The notes: a model not told the origin generated them from the letters alone. A stretch of DNA of 64,000 nt from Octopus sinensis (GCF_006345805.1 NC_043008.1:73594001-73658000), one strand, 5' to 3'. Positions 1 through 14,343 are shown, counted from the stretch's first letter. Program-made: numbers and translations.

Positions 1-264
1 GCTTATCTTCTTGACAGATAGACAATGCACAACTTCTACTTTAGTGCATTGAATTCTCCAGTCTGGGAAGGCAGGAACTGTATGGAGCTGTTTTTGAATA
101 TCATCTTCGAAATTTGATTAGATTCCACTTACACATAGCTAGAAATAAATGAATCTGTAATTCAAATATAAGAAAGTTTGCCAAGACAAAAAGTTTATAT
201 CTCTGATACAACGTTATGTTCACATTATTATTGATATGAGAACTTGGTAATGGCGATATCATTA

Positions 265-420
265 TATCGTTAGTGCATTCAAAAAATGATAGTCCGAGGT
301 TTTACCTTCTAAGTTCTGATTACGCCGGAGTCAAATTTGCCTTTCATTTTTCCGTGGTCGATAAGTTAAAATACCTGTCAGGTACTGGGATCAATGTTAT
401 CGACTTAGGACTTCCTTCAA
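265..420 (+). mobile_element. Degenerate SINE fragment (family B)
   Basis: Contains 'gagtcaaatttgcctttcat...gtcgataagttaaaatacc...tactgggatcaatgttatcgactt', matching the body of the copies at 21691-21910 (+) and 58045-58265 (-). Confidence 0.5.
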
Positions 421-1139
421 AATTATTTGCCTTCGGCCTAAATTAGGGCCAATTATAAGAGGGCTGACAGATTTATTCCTCGCATGCTTGTTGCTGAATA
501 AGTAGAAATAAAATATATATCTAAACATTAATTAATTTTTGGTCAATAATTAATATCCAAAGCACTTATTATTATTTTTGGCCACCATAGTATTAAACAG
601 ACTGGAGACAAAACTCACTTTATTGTAGACCACAGGCCTTAATAATTAGCTTTCTTTTTCTTAGTATTAAAATAGAAATCTGTAAATTTTCATGCACTCG
701 CCAAATTCTCAATATTGCCACTGCTTACAACAACTAATTACACAACATAGACGGGCCTATCTATTGAGAGTTAAGCAGATTTATTCGTTGGTGGCTAAGT
801 TGGAAAGACGACAGCGATTGTAACACGAAGCAAACCACCTTTCTATCGGCTGGTTAGCTGTTACACTGTCGACACGGCAATGCATAATCTCAAGTTACGA
901 CGAAATAAGTAAATTCAATGCTGGACAGAAAAAAAAAGCTATGTAAAGAACGTTTGGCTGTTCTTATATTTCCTATTTTATATCATTTTGTTTTCCGTTC
1001 TTATTTCAGTTCCAAGACATAATTAACTGGAAGGAAAAAAATTATTTCGTACTTGCAGTGTGCTTTACAGATTAAAGTGGGAGAATGAAATTAAAATGTG
1101 TAAGATGAAACCGGAGACAAAGAGAAAATTGAAAATGGA

Positions 1140-1738
1140 TTCTGGAAACAAACACACACGTACACAGATATGTCCTCGCATATATACAGAAATGGACAGG
1201 CACATATAACAAGAAGCATGCATAAAATAAATGAAAAGAACTGGATACACACGTAGATGCATATGAACACGTAAATACGTATTCACATACATACACATAG
1301 ATCTGTGTGTGTGCGTATGTATGTGTTCGCACGTGTTTGTGTATGCATGTGCATGTGAATAGAGGTGCTTCAGGTTAATAGATATCACAAGCTATAAAAT
1401 CCAGTGCGTAGTGTTGGCAGTTTTCCTTCACGTTACTTGTTCCTATTCCAGTGTGAATGCTCGGTAAAATAAATTCTTTTTGTTTCACTTATATCCTGCA
1501 ACATCACAACCAGTATGTAAGTAAAAAGCTCTGCATCTTCAATTAAATCATCGTATACAATCACCGGCAGCAGCAGCAGCAGCATCGTCGATGTCCCCCA
1601 CCCACCCCGCCACCGCAACCCCCGCTACCACCACTACCACCATCATCACCATCATCATCATCATCATTCAATGACAATGATATATATGTATATATATGTG
1701 TGAGTATGTATGTATGTATGCATGTATGTATATGTATG

Positions 1739-1771
<33 letters not shown>

Positions 1772-1787
1772 ATATATAATATATATA

Positions 1788-1825
<38 letters not shown>

Positions 1826-1834
1826 TATATATAT

Positions 1835-1884
<50 letters not shown>

Positions 1885-1885
1885 A
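1140..1885. repeat. Compound low-complexity region: CA/TG-rich, then (CAG)/(CAC)/(CAT)n, then (TATG)n/(TA)n
   Basis: Visible directly; explains the low-complexity ORFs 1065-1918. Confidence 0.9.
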
Positions 1886-2363
1886 CCGAGATTGGAAACT
1901 TAATCGCCACACTTTCAAAAGAAGTAATTAATATCCTGATATACCGATGCCAGTAGACTATTCCTTACCGTTTTTAGGTGTTTTTGTTTTTCATTGTCAA
2001 TTGAGATTCGCCATGCTAAATGCTTTTTCTAATTTAATTGTATTATACATAGAAAAAGAACAACAAAATCTGTTTCTCGAAAATTTAATAGTAAGCACAG
2101 TAATCTGGACAGTCGGACAACCTATCCAGATATTATTTAGTTGCTGTTGTTAAGTCTCAGGTCAATCCTAATCCAACACACTGATAAGAGAAGCGTTCAA
2201 ATCTTAACCATCCAGCCTGCTTGCAAGCCGCTTTGTATCAGCAACATAATTTAAATGTCTGCGGCCATTTTACATATATTATATATGATAGATTTGTGCA
2301 ATTATTTAAGAATTAATTATAAAAAATATATAGGGGTATAAGTATAAGTATGTATATGTGATC

Positions 2364-2401
<38 letters not shown>

Positions 2402-2408
2402 TATATAT

Positions 2409-2797
2409 GAGTGGCTGTGTGGTAAGTAGCTTGCTTAGGAACCACATTGTTCCGAGTTCATTGCGAGGCATCTTGGGCAAGTGTCTTGTACTATAGCCTC
2501 AGGCCGACCAAAGCCTTATGCGTGGATTTGGAAGACGGAAACTGAAAGAAGCCCGTCGTATATATGAATATATATTTATGTGTGTGTATGTGTTTGTACG
2601 TCTGTGTTTGTGCCCCCAACATCGCTTGACAACCGATGCTGATGTATTTACATCCCCGTAATCTAGCGGTTCGGCAAAATAGACCGTTAGAATAAGTAGT
2701 ATGTTTACAAAGAATAGGTCCGGCCGTCGATTTGCTCGACTAAAGGCGGTGCTCCAGCATGGCCACAATCAAATGGCTGAAACAAGTAAAAGAGAGA
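2409..2797 (+). mobile_element. tRNA-derived SINE, family A, near full length
   Basis: A-box-like TGGCTGTGTGG, B-box-like CGAGTTCATT, central TA/TG microsatellite, tail 'gcggtgctccagcatggccacaatcaaatggctgaaacaagtaaaagag'. Homologous copies at 6636, 17165, 48318/50420 and 62961. Confidence 0.85.
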
Positions 2798-3150
2798 AAT
2801 ATATATATATATGTATATGTATAAGAAATGCCGGTATTTTTTGCTGTCGACAAAAACCTGCACTTGCGAGGTGAATTTGAAAAATTATATTCTATAAGCA
2901 AGAAGCCCATGCTGGATTTGCCACGGACTTATATGTTTAATCTCGGCGTATCTGTTGATGAAGAATTCACCTAGCAAATTATTTTATTTGCTAAAAAATA
3001 TCAAAAACCATGGCCCAGGTGATAGATGGTAAATGTTTTTATTTTTTATTCCCTTCGAGTTTTTATCCCTAATATTGGTTTGGTCTTTAGTTGTTCCTTC
3101 TAACGTGAAGGAATCCTATGACGGATACCTCTTATGTCTTTAAATGTACA

Positions 3151-3199
<49 letters not shown>

Positions 3200-3524
3200 A
3201 TTTTTACCGTTATTGTTTTTACGTTTTTGTATTCTTATTGGTGTCACGTATTCTGTATTTTTTTTTGTGTACTTCGTTCGTTTTCCGTCCTTTCGTTGTA
3301 TACATTCGAAGCTTTCTTCCAGGGGATCTAATGCGCTTGGCTTAGATTTCCCTTGGCGGGCTGGCCATATCGGAGCAATCTCAAGATTAATCAGCCGAAA
3401 TTGCTAAGATGATCTGGTTCTTGACTGATGACTGAGGGCTTCGAATGTCCCGTCCTGTGGTTCTTGTGTCGTCTCTGTGGTGTTTCATGTTCTTGTCCAT
3501 GTCTGTAATTATTTTTACTGTTTA

Positions 3525-3533
3525 CCTATATAT

Positions 3534-3603
<70 letters not shown>

Positions 3604-3913
3604 ATATATATATATATATATTATATATATATATATATATATACATCATATATATATATATGTATGTATGTGCATATACATATGCGTACATACATATACT
3701 TATACATACATATATATATCTGTGCGTATGCATATATATTTATATACATATATATGCATATATACATGCATATACATATTCATATATTTATACTTGTTTC
3801 TTCTTATAAAGGTAATACCTATATTATTTCTTATAACTTGCATTGTCTAGGCTTTATAGAAAGAAAGAAATTAAAAACATTTATATACATCAGACAATTC
3901 TTCCTGAAATCTA

Positions 3914-3966
<53 letters not shown>

Positions 3967-3980
3967 ATTATTATTATTAT

Positions 3981-4025
<45 letters not shown>

Positions 4026-4050
4026 GAACACACACAACACACACATACAC
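3525..4050. repeat. Compound microsatellites (TA)n, (ACT)n, (ATT)n, (CA)n
   Basis: Visible directly. Confidence 0.9.
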
Positions 4051-5775
4051 ACGGTGTTTTGGTGTGTCTACGTGAATATATATTTCTGTGTGTATTGTTA
4101 TGTATTTCTATTGAAACACCCTCTGGCCCAACTCATAGTCATATTTCAATACATGTTATGAATCTTCGTAGAAAGACTATATGATCCACATAATATTTAT
4201 CAGTTTATAAAGCAAGTTGTAATTTAACAAATACTGATAATTTAGGAAAAATTCTAAGAAAAATTCTAAAATTATTCTCTAGTTTAAAGCTATTGTTTAA
4301 ATATCAAACTACTTTAGTCTGGAATACTATAACCATTGTATTAGGCAGCATTGTATATTTATTATTTTATTAAAGTAGTCATGCGTATATATATGTGTCT
4401 ATTTGTGAGTGTGTGTTTATGTGTGTGTGCCTGTTTATTCGTGTGGGTGTTTCTCTGTGTGTGAGTGTTTATGTCTGTGTATGTGTGTGCCTGTGTGTTT
4501 GACTTTCCTTAGCAGCGAGAGTTTCTTCCTTTTTCTCATTCCTTGACCAAGTGGTCGTTGAGGCATCACTTTATGATGTCACAAAAACATTTCATTTTTT
4601 TTCTTAGTCTTCTGCCTGTCACCGTTGGTCGGCGAAATTGAGGCCTGCCTGCTCTTTACAGTAAAGCATGCGATGGGAGAACCAGTATGGCTCCCTAGCC
4701 TGCTTGTCAGCATCATGGACATGTTATAATGGCGGGGCCCATTCTTCGCCACGCTGTTAGCCACCACCGTGTACCCCAACCTGGGATTCGCCTTTGCTCT
4801 GGCCACTTGACCTTTGAGCTGGGCAGGACCCGTTACTCTAGCAATAGCTCCTTAGGAAGCCTTCTAACAGTCTCTCGCCAAATAGTGTAGTGTTAACAAT
4901 ATCCTTCACTTAGTTTCACCCACCAGCTGAAAACAGGAGTGTGTGACACCAAAAGTCATCAAGTGAGAGATTAAGAATTGTATAAGTACTGGAGATGCCT
5001 TTCCACCTGACCGTTCCTGTCAAGGTGTAGCTACTAGATACCACGGGTATTATCTGTGTTCGGATCCCCTACACATGACATTATTTAGCAAAACCCGTGT
5101 CAGTCGGTTGATTAAATAATTTACCATAATATATAGAGCCGGTTTCTAGAACCTAGAGAGAATCTGAGCATTAAAATATTTTGCACTATTTAGCTGAATA
5201 CTTCCAGTGGCCAGTGTTTTGAGTAAGCGTTTCGTGTGCCGTTGCTCAATCTTTCTCTCTCTCTTTCTCTCTCTCCATCTCTCTCTCCCCCTCTGTCTTT
5301 ATATATGTATATCTATATATATATATATATTATATATATATATATATCATAGATTTAAACCACCCTAGAAAAATACCTATTTCCTTCTTTCCTTCTTTCT
5401 TTTTTGTTTAAAAACTCACTACACACACATACTTACACACACATATACACATACATAAAAAAATACACACACACACACACATATATATTCAAAATAACAA
5501 AGAACATCTTAACCACTCCCAAAACACCCTCTTTCCAAAACAAGAAAATATATTCAGCTCTAGATTTTTTTCTCCAACTAACATACATATAAAGGTATGA
5601 ATTTGCTATAAGAAATTATCTATGATGATACTCTGAAAGGGACGAAAGCGGTAAATAAATTAGTTTTTGTCCAAATCCTGACTACTTCCTTCACTTGAAA
5701 TAGACAAAATCTGTACACCACTTCAAACCATCTCTCTCTCTCTCTCTTTTCTCTCTCTTCTCTCTCTCAGCTCTT

Positions 5776-5866
<91 letters not shown>

Positions 5867-5966
5867 ATACATACTTACTTACATACATACATACATACAT
5901 ACATACTTTTGTGTGTATGTATATTTCAATTAGTCACAGCGAAATTAATAGTACTGGTATTAGAAG

Positions 5967-6018
<52 letters not shown>

Positions 6019-6635
6019 GTGAATGTGTGCGCGCTCGCCTGTGTGTACAAATTTAGTCTAACAAATACAAATGTATATTTCGGATGGGTCAAATATACTC
6101 AAGGTCTGGAATTACTGCAATTAATAACCATGGAAAAGGAAGTCTTCCATATAAATTATTCCCTATTTATTGAGATTCTTTTATTTATGAAACGTAGGAT
6201 TGTGAATAGGTTGATTTTAGCATTTGTCCAGTGATTTTAGGACACCAACCTTCACTTTCATGTATTTCATCCCAATCAACGCCTGTTTAAAGTATTAAAG
6301 ACTAATTAATTAATTAAAGATTACCTAATTAACCCAAACTGTCAAATCCAATGATTATTAAAGATGGAAACGATCACTTGCACCTACTACGTTTAACATA
6401 ATGGTCCTGCTATTGCTACTGTTGATGAGGATTATGGTTTAGCTTGATATATTTCCCTTGTTACTGTTGCTAATGTTGTTGCTAAATATTGTCAGATGAT
6501 CATCAATGTCCCCTTCTTGGAATTTCTTAAAGTGCTATTGATAATTCCTAATTTCTTTTACTAAAGTTGTAAATATTTTATATATTGTTATCTAGAATTC
6601 CAACTGAAAATATGGAGTGTACATCTTTTCTTAAA

Positions 6636-7046
6636 GGCGCAGAAGTGGCTCTGTGGAAAGTAGCTTGCTTACCAACCACATGGTTGCGGGTTCAGTCCCA
6701 CTGCGTGGCACCTTGGGCAAGTGTCTTCTACTATTGCCTCGGGCCGACCAAAGCCTTGTGAGTGTATTTGGTTGACGGAAACTGAAAGAAGCCCATCATA
6801 TATATTTATATGCATATATGTGTGTGTCTTTGTGTGTCTGTATTGCCCCCCCCCACAACATCGCTTGACAACCGATACTGGTGTGTTTACGTCCCCGTAA
6901 CTTAGCGGTTCGGCAAAAGAGACCGATAGAATAAGTACAAGGCTTACAAGAATAAGTCCTGGGGTCAATTTTCTCGACTAAAAGGCGGTGCTCTAGCATG
7001 GCCACAGTCAAAGACTGAAACAAGTACAAGAGTAAAAGAGAATAAA
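6636..7046 (+). mobile_element. tRNA-derived SINE, family A, full length
   Basis: Starts 'ggcgcagaagtggctctgtgg', B-box-like GGGTTCAGTCCC, same body and tail as 2409-2797. Confidence 0.9.
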
Positions 7047-8160
7047 GAGTATAAGTGAAAAATTGGTTAATAAACGACTGTTTAACAGATGAATAGCTAG
7101 GTAAGGCTTGGGATTGATAATTAAGTAATTAGAAACTAGTTTATGAAGTGATTATTTAGCAGGTCACCAGCAAAATAAAGAAATTATTAGAATACCTGAA
7201 ACTCAACTGTGAAAGTTTCGTCCATGTGAAACTTATCGCACGTACTAGGAGGATAAAATTTTGATTTGCGCAGGTGAAAGTTGAGCATTACTATGAATTA
7301 TGCATGAAACGTAATTAATTATAAATTATACATGTGTCATTGTAGGTTTTGCTATCGATATACACTGAAACAATACTACAATTTTTTTTTATTACTAATG
7401 TGATGAATATTGATGTCTGGTTTATTTAACCATTGTCAAGAATGAAGAGCTGTTGATTTAAATGTCCTTCTGAATGGGTCAGTTGACTAGATAATATTCA
7501 ACATATGTACATCTGTATACTCCACCTTCTGGCAATTCAGGGAAATGGAGACGTTATTTCTTCCTTTAGTGATTGCAATTAATTTTTTTCTCTTCTTATT
7601 TCTACTTACCATCTCTCTCTTTCTTATTACCCTCTCTCTGCCTTTGTTCGTCAATATTTCTTTGTAGTTTTATCTAATCATTTTCAAGTCTATTTCGCAA
7701 ATGAAATCGATAATTGCTTCTCAGTTCGACTGAAGTTAAATGATTGCAAACTATTCTTCAAAGGCAATATATTCTCTATCATTTTTATCTAACCATATCA
7801 ACTTTCTTTTCTTCTTACTAACCCACTTAATTACTATTTCTTCCTCACCCACCATTCGTATCATTGTAAGTCTTGTGTAAAATTCCAAGTTTTTCAAAGC
7901 TATCATATATCTAATTGTTATACCAGTTCTCTTTTTAATTATAATTCATAGATACAGATCAGTGAATTGGTAGATAGGGAAGGGTGTTGCACTAAAATCA
8001 TAGATTCTGCTTACCCGCTCCAACTGCAATATACAACACGTTGTCCGTAAAATTCCCGGGGATAGATCTAAGAAGTAGTTGTAATACACTCACACTTATT
8101 GCTACTTATGCCGGTGAGGTTTTACAAACTTACACACTTTCCTGTCTGTGTATGTGCCTG

Positions 8161-8221
<61 letters not shown>

Positions 8222-8289
8222 TCTTCATAGATAATGTGGACCTCATTCAAAATGTGAGGGTGATGCCAACAGTACTGTGAGACCACAAC

Positions 8290-10490
8290 ATTGTTGAACT
8301 ATGTATGGTCTTAAGCAAACTGTTGGTATCTACCTTTTCATGTATACTCTAGTCATATCCAACTTGAATTTCAGTAAACCAAAATGGGAATAAATCCGCA
8401 AAGATATCCTCAAACGAAACTGATCCAACATCCTACGTATGAAAGACATTGAATTGAAATTCAGTTTATATCAACAGTGCAAGCTGAATGCATTAAATAT
8501 ACTCCGGAAGGAAAGGCCAGCTAACCGACAAACAAGATTCCCAAGGACAGAAAACTCCTTATGTGACGCAGATGACAGGTCTTAAACCGGAATAGGCAAC
8601 TGAAGGTTAGGGAAAAGTTTATTTTAATACCGACACTCCTAGAAATCGAAAGAAAGATCAAACTCTCTCATGAAAAGGAAAGTAAGTGCTGAGAAAGAGA
8701 GAGAGAGAGAGAAGGAGAGAGAGAAGGAGAGAGAGAAAGAGAGAGGAAAGAGAGAGAGAGAGAGAAGGAGAGAGAGAAGGAGAGAGAGAAAGAGAGAGGA
8801 AAGAGAGAGAGAGAGAGGGAAAGAGACAGAGAGAGTGAGCAGAGTTGTGAATAGTATAAAAACAAGCCCTAAAGCTTTCTATAAATTTTCAAAAGAAACA
8901 GCAACAATACAATATAAAAAAGACGGTTGTCCGAAGGGAATGGCTCACTGACCGTGGACCCAGAGAGAATAGATGACGTACTCAGTGAACAACTTAAAAG
9001 TGCTCTGACCTCCCCACTGAGACATTTGGCAATTAAAAACCCGACTGAATTCTTTAATATTGCAGCTTTAAAATGAAGGCGCCAGCCATCGATTACATCA
9101 ACATTAAGGAGGCAGATATAACAGTGACCATAGATGAAATGAGCACAAGCTCTGCAACTGGTCCCGATGTCTTCCCAACTACTTTCCTGAAGTGATGTAA
9201 GCAAGGTTTAGCGAAACCACTTCAAATAATTTTCCATAGTTTCGTTGAAAGTAGTAAACATCCTAAAATCATCAGAAAGAAGCTGATAACGTTCCTAGTA
9301 GAAAATGAGCTATTAAACAATACACAGCATGGCTTTCGTTCAGGAAGGAGCTACCACAGACAGCTCTTACAGCACACTGACTAGGTCTTGAAGTAGCTGC
9401 TTCACCATTCAGATGTCAGTGTGATAGAGCTTGACTTTGCAAAGGCATTTGATAATTTAGATCAGGACATGATACCTCATAAGCTGCGAGACTTTGGCAT
9501 TGCTAGTAAACGGGGAGTATAAGTGCATGACTTCTCCAAAGACAGAAGTAAGGTAGCTTCAGCCAATGGTGCCATTTCGGAGGAAACCCTAACTGTAAGT
9601 CGCGTTATCCAGTGAACTCTCCTGGGGCCACTAATTTGTATAATAGCCCTCTTAGACATGCTCATGATCACTCGGACAGCTACTGTCACTAGCTATGTCG
9701 ATTATACAAAATTATCACAAGCAATAAAAGAAAATCAAGATGACGTCGCCAGCTTACAATGGGCTGAAATAAACAACATGCAGTTTAATGCCGGAAAATT
9801 TCAAGCACTGCACTATCAACTCACGAATGAACTGCAGCCTGCAAATACAGGTCCTGAAGGCGCTGGAATCCCAGAGTCACAGACAGTGAAAGACTTGGGG
9901 ATTAGAATATGCGATGATGCATCATTTCGTATGCACATTACCTAGATAAAAGCAAAGTGCAGACAACCGGCAGGATACTAAGGTCCTTCAAGACAAGAAA
10001 CCAAGAAGTTATGTTGACCCTATAAAGAACCTTTGTTCTCAGCCGTCTGGAGTACTGCTCTTAGCTATAGTCACCACATAGAGCCAAACTAACAGCAGAG
10101 CTTGAAGCAGTCCAACGCCACTGCACTAAAGTGACCGAAAAAGTGCAGTGGATGAGCTACAGAGAGAGGTTGAAAATCTGCGATTTTATTCCCTGGAGTG
10201 AAGGCGCGAAACATATGTAATAATCTATATTTGTAAAACTCTAGAAGGGCTAGTACGCAACTTAGACATCCTTCTCTACGCAATGCCGGATGAACCAACG
10301 GCTGGACAAGTGGTACAGTAGAGGGCAGGGGAATCAGACTCCCTCATGCACCAAGCGAGCCAACAGTTGGGCACATACATGAGTGGCGATGTGAAATCTC
10401 CTTGCATGAAGAAAACAACAAGACTACGGTGGTGCCCCAGCATGACCGCAGCTGCATAGCTGAAACGAATATAAGAATAAAAGAAAAAAG
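8290..10490 (+). mobile_element. 5'-truncated, decayed LINE of CR1/L2/Jockey type (reverse transcriptase relic with 3' tail)
   Basis: Broken frames give 'SIKTSPKAFYKF', 'HGFRSGRS', 'LDFAKAFD', 'LLGPLI', 'TSYVDYTKLSQAI' (decayed YADD), 'WAEINNMQFNAGKFQALHY'. Many stops and frameshifts; (GA)n expansion at ~8695-8835. Confidence 0.85.
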
Positions 10491-10515
10491 AATATATATA
10501 TATATACATATATAA

Positions 10516-10601
<86 letters not shown>

Positions 10602-11654
10602 CATATATATATATGTGTGTGTGTTTGTGTAAATATTTACAGATACGTATGTCAGTGTATGTGTTATGCGTACCTATTTGCGCGTTTGTATGAGTGTACA
10701 CAAAATATTCTAACACTAATACGGGTTAAACTTTCTGAACATGATTAAACATTGCACGTAAAACATACACATGATTACAGTGATGATATCCCCGGCATAA
10801 GTACTCCCGATACATACCTGTATCAGGTGTCATTATGAAACTTCCTCGCTGTGGGAATGAAGCAGTGAGACTAATAAACAAACATGCTGCTGCTCTAATC
10901 TAGAACTTTAATATTATGAATATATTTTGAATTTTCCTGATGAAATATTTTACGAGATAAATTCATCACCAATGACCTCAGTATTCCAAAAGGCATAATT
11001 AAACAATCAATCTGTAAGTTAAGTTTTTGTTAAATTCTTGCAGGTCATTTATAGACATTTCTTAAAATCAAAAGGTATTTCAAAAATCCCTGTTCCCATA
11101 AATGTTTGTGCTGCACATTATATACACCACTGCGGATGCCCAACGTCATCTACAAAATTGACTTGAGCATACAATAATATAACAAGGCTGTTCAACATAT
11201 ACCATGCCTCCAAGTTTTAAATGTATCAAGGAACAGTGATCTAGTACAATAAAAGCCTATATAAACGCGTCATAGATAATGGTAGTTTGAAAATGTAACT
11301 TTTAGCATACAAAGAAACCAGCAATTATCTGGTAATAAAACAGACAGAATCCATGAAATTATGTTAACACCCTCATGACATAATAATACTAGCGTATTTA
11401 TTATTTATATAAATGCGAAATGACGATGTTGTTGTATGTAGAAAGATCTGAAAAGCTAAGGAATATAATCCTCTCGCTTTTGAGGTCAAATATCAAATGT
11501 CTATGCCCACTTGTAACTGACACGAAAGAAGGTATAGGCAGCCATTTCAATAAAGACATTATCAAATTTATTCTTAAGATAACTATAGATATTTAATAAT
11601 AAGCTAGTGCATCTTAATAATACAGTCTGAACCATGGATACAAATTTTTTCTAT

Positions 11655-11965
11655 TATAGACATAAGGTCTGAGATTTTAGCAGATGTGTAGTCGAAAACA
11701 TCATCTCCAGCGTTCAACTGGTATATAATTTATCGATCCCGAAAGGAGGAAACGTTAACTTGACCTCCGTAATTTTAAAATTTTAAACATATAGACCAGC
11801 ATCTGGCACGACATTTTCGCCTTTTTCTTTCCCATCCAGTTCGTGACAGACTCGTATCTAATTTTGCTCTAAAAGTCTGTTTAATCTGTACTGCTCAATT
11901 CTCTGTTCATATCTCTTTGCGGCATTTTCTCCAGTGTGGGAAGGAATCTGCTAGCTCACCGCTTT
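11655..11965 (-). mobile_element. SINE family B, degenerate, probably interrupted
   Basis: 'cgatcccgaaagga' body and the reverse-complemented head 'ctgctagctcaccgcttt' at ~11948-11965. Confidence 0.55.
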
Positions 11966-11984
11966 GAAATCATGGATAATAATA

Positions 11985-12200
11985 TCTACCATAGGCACAA
12001 TATTAGCAAATCTGAGGGTTAGGGAAGTCGATTATATCGGCCTATGTGCTCAACTGATACCTATTTCATCGACCCCGAAAGAATGAAAAGCAAAGTCATT
12101 TACGATGGAATTAGAAATCAAAATGAAAAGATGGACAAAATACTGCTAAGCATTTTGTCCGTCATGCTAACAATTCTGACGGCACACCGCCTTAATAATA
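11985..12200 (-). mobile_element. SINE family B
   Basis: Reverse-complement homologue of 21691-21910; head end 'gctaacaattctgacggcacaccgcctta'. Confidence 0.75.
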
Positions 12201-12207
12201 ATGATAA

Positions 12208-12428
12208 TTGTGGTTTCAAACTTTTGGCACAAGGACAGCAAGTTCTGTGGATGGGATAAGCCGATTACATCGAATCCAGTTGACAAATAATATTTATGTT
12301 ATTGACACCCGAAAGAACGGGAATGTAAGTCGATTTCAGCGGCATTTGAATTCCGAACGTAAAGACCGAGGAAATGCCGTTAAGCATTTTGCGTGATATG
12401 CTATCGATTCTACCAGCTCGTCGTCGTC

Positions 12429-12432
<4 letters not shown>
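12208..12432 (-). mobile_element. SINE family B
   Basis: 'ggtttcaaacttttggcacaagg...gcattttgcgtgatatgctatcgattctaccagctcg', homologous to 58045-58265. Confidence 0.75.
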
Positions 12433-12515
<83 letters not shown>

Positions 12516-12592
12516 GTAATAGTAATAATAATAATAATAATAATAATTGTAGTAGTAGCAGCAGCAGCAGTAGTAGTAGTAGTGGTAATAGT

Positions 12593-12647
<55 letters not shown>

Positions 12648-12650
12648 ATC
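12431..12650. repeat. (AAT)n/(AGT)n/(AGC)n compound trinucleotide repeat
   Basis: Visible directly. Confidence 0.95.
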
Positions 12651-12651
12651 A

Positions 12652-14280
12652 ATATTGTGACTGAAAAGTTAAAACAGAAGCTGAAAGCTAAAGCGCATAA
12701 ACTGAAGAGATATAAACATAGAACTGAGCAGTACAGATTAAACAGACTTTTAGTACAAAATCAGAAACGAGTTTGTCACGAACTGGATGGGAAAGAAAAA
12801 GGCGAAAATGTCGTGTCAGATGCCGCAGAAAGCAAAATATGTTGGTGAACCATATGGTCTCAGGAGAAACAGCACAAAACTGAAGATGAGTGATTAAAGA
12901 CATTCAAAGGATAGTGGAGAGTATCAGCAGGAGGATCTGAGAATAACCGAAGAGATTATTAGAGATCAGTGCAAGAATATTTCTAACTGGAAAGCACCTG
13001 GACCAGATGAAGTTCAAGGCTTTTGGCTTAAAAATTTGACAACTCAGCACAGGACAATGGCGAGACAGATGAACGAAATATTGAGTAGTGATATCCAAGA
13101 ACCGGCCTAGATGACAAAAGGAAGAACGGTACTATGCCAGAAAGACCCATGTAGAGGGAATGCAGTTGGAAATTTCCGACCAATATCTCGTTTGCCACTG
13201 ATGTGGAAACTGATGACGGGCATCATATCAAACAGCATCTATAAGTACCTAGATGAAAACGTTCTGCTACCAGTGGAACAAAAAAGGCGTAGACGTAAGA
13301 GCAGAGGAACAGAGGATCAATTACTAATCGATATGACTATCCTGGCTGATTTCAAGAAGAGACACAAAAGTTTGGCGATGGCATAGGTGGACTACAGGAA
13401 AGCATATGACATGATCCCACAGTCGTGGATTATTAAATGCCTTAAACTGCTTAAGGTCTCCAACAATATCCTGAAGTTAATACGAAACTTTGATGCGATA
13501 TGAGGAAGGAATAGTATCTTGGAAGAAGCCTGAATTACAAGAGATAAATTAATGACTATGAGTAAGGAAATACACCCCAAGCGTGATGTGTCAAGATTTT
13601 GTGTAAAGAGGAAAGGAAGGCGGATATTAGTGTGTTATGAAGGTTGTGTAAGAGAAGAGAAGAATAACCTGGCTTGGTATATCAAGGAGAGTAAAGAAGA
13701 AATGATTGAAGCAGTGAAAATGCAGGGAACCTTAAAAGTAAACGAAGCCGTAAATCCAACACAACTTAAGAAAGACCAGAGAGTGCAGATAAAGAAAATT
13801 TGGCTGCACAAAAACATGCACAGTCAGTTCTTGAAAAATAAAGATTAGATCGATTGGAATAGAACCTGGCAATTACGGCTGAAAGGAGGTTTATACGCAG
13901 ATAGCTAAATTAGGGCCAATAGGCCGGTTATAGTTGTCGTAGATCACCAAAATAAAATGCTTTCTAATCGATGTATCAAAATACAAAGACCTGGAAATAA
14001 AGGTGACTCGGACATGGAGTCTAAAAACCGGAAACTTTTCTATCATAGTAGGCGCATGAGGTATGATAAAAAGTTTTCAGACAAATACATAACAAAAACA
14101 CCAGGACTAAAAAGTATATATAACATACGGAAAATAGCGCTACTATGTACTGCACATATCCTACGTAAAACACTTTCAATACAGTAAAAATAAGAGCATC
14201 ACAACAAACCACAGCACATACCTAAGGCACAGAATTGCTCTCGGTAGTGCAAGTGAGAGCACATAATAGAGATAAGACTA

Positions 14281-14284
<4 letters not shown>
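12652..14284 (+). mobile_element. R4/Dong-type non-LTR retrotransposon (RT plus restriction-like endonuclease), 5'-truncated and internally deleted
   Basis: 'QYRLNRLLVQNQKRVCHELDG', 'NWKAPGPDEVQGFWLK', '[19 protein letters not shown]', '[10 protein letters not shown]', 'DYRKAYDMIPQSWI', 'HPKRDVSRFCVKRK', 'ANRPVIVV', terminal 'IALLCTAHILRKTLSIQ*'. Flanked by (AAT)n on both sides. Confidence 0.85.

Positions 14285-14343
<59 letters not shown>

Noticed and set aside
3420-3455. CTGATGA...CGAAT hammerhead-like string
   Set aside because: Reads GAAU rather than GAAA, and no convincing helix I or III pairing.
7274-7310. Possible 37-nt exon (VKVEHYYELCMK) with AG/GT borders
   Set aside because: The next acceptor would need a 35-nt intron and leads to a stop; no homology; likely chance.
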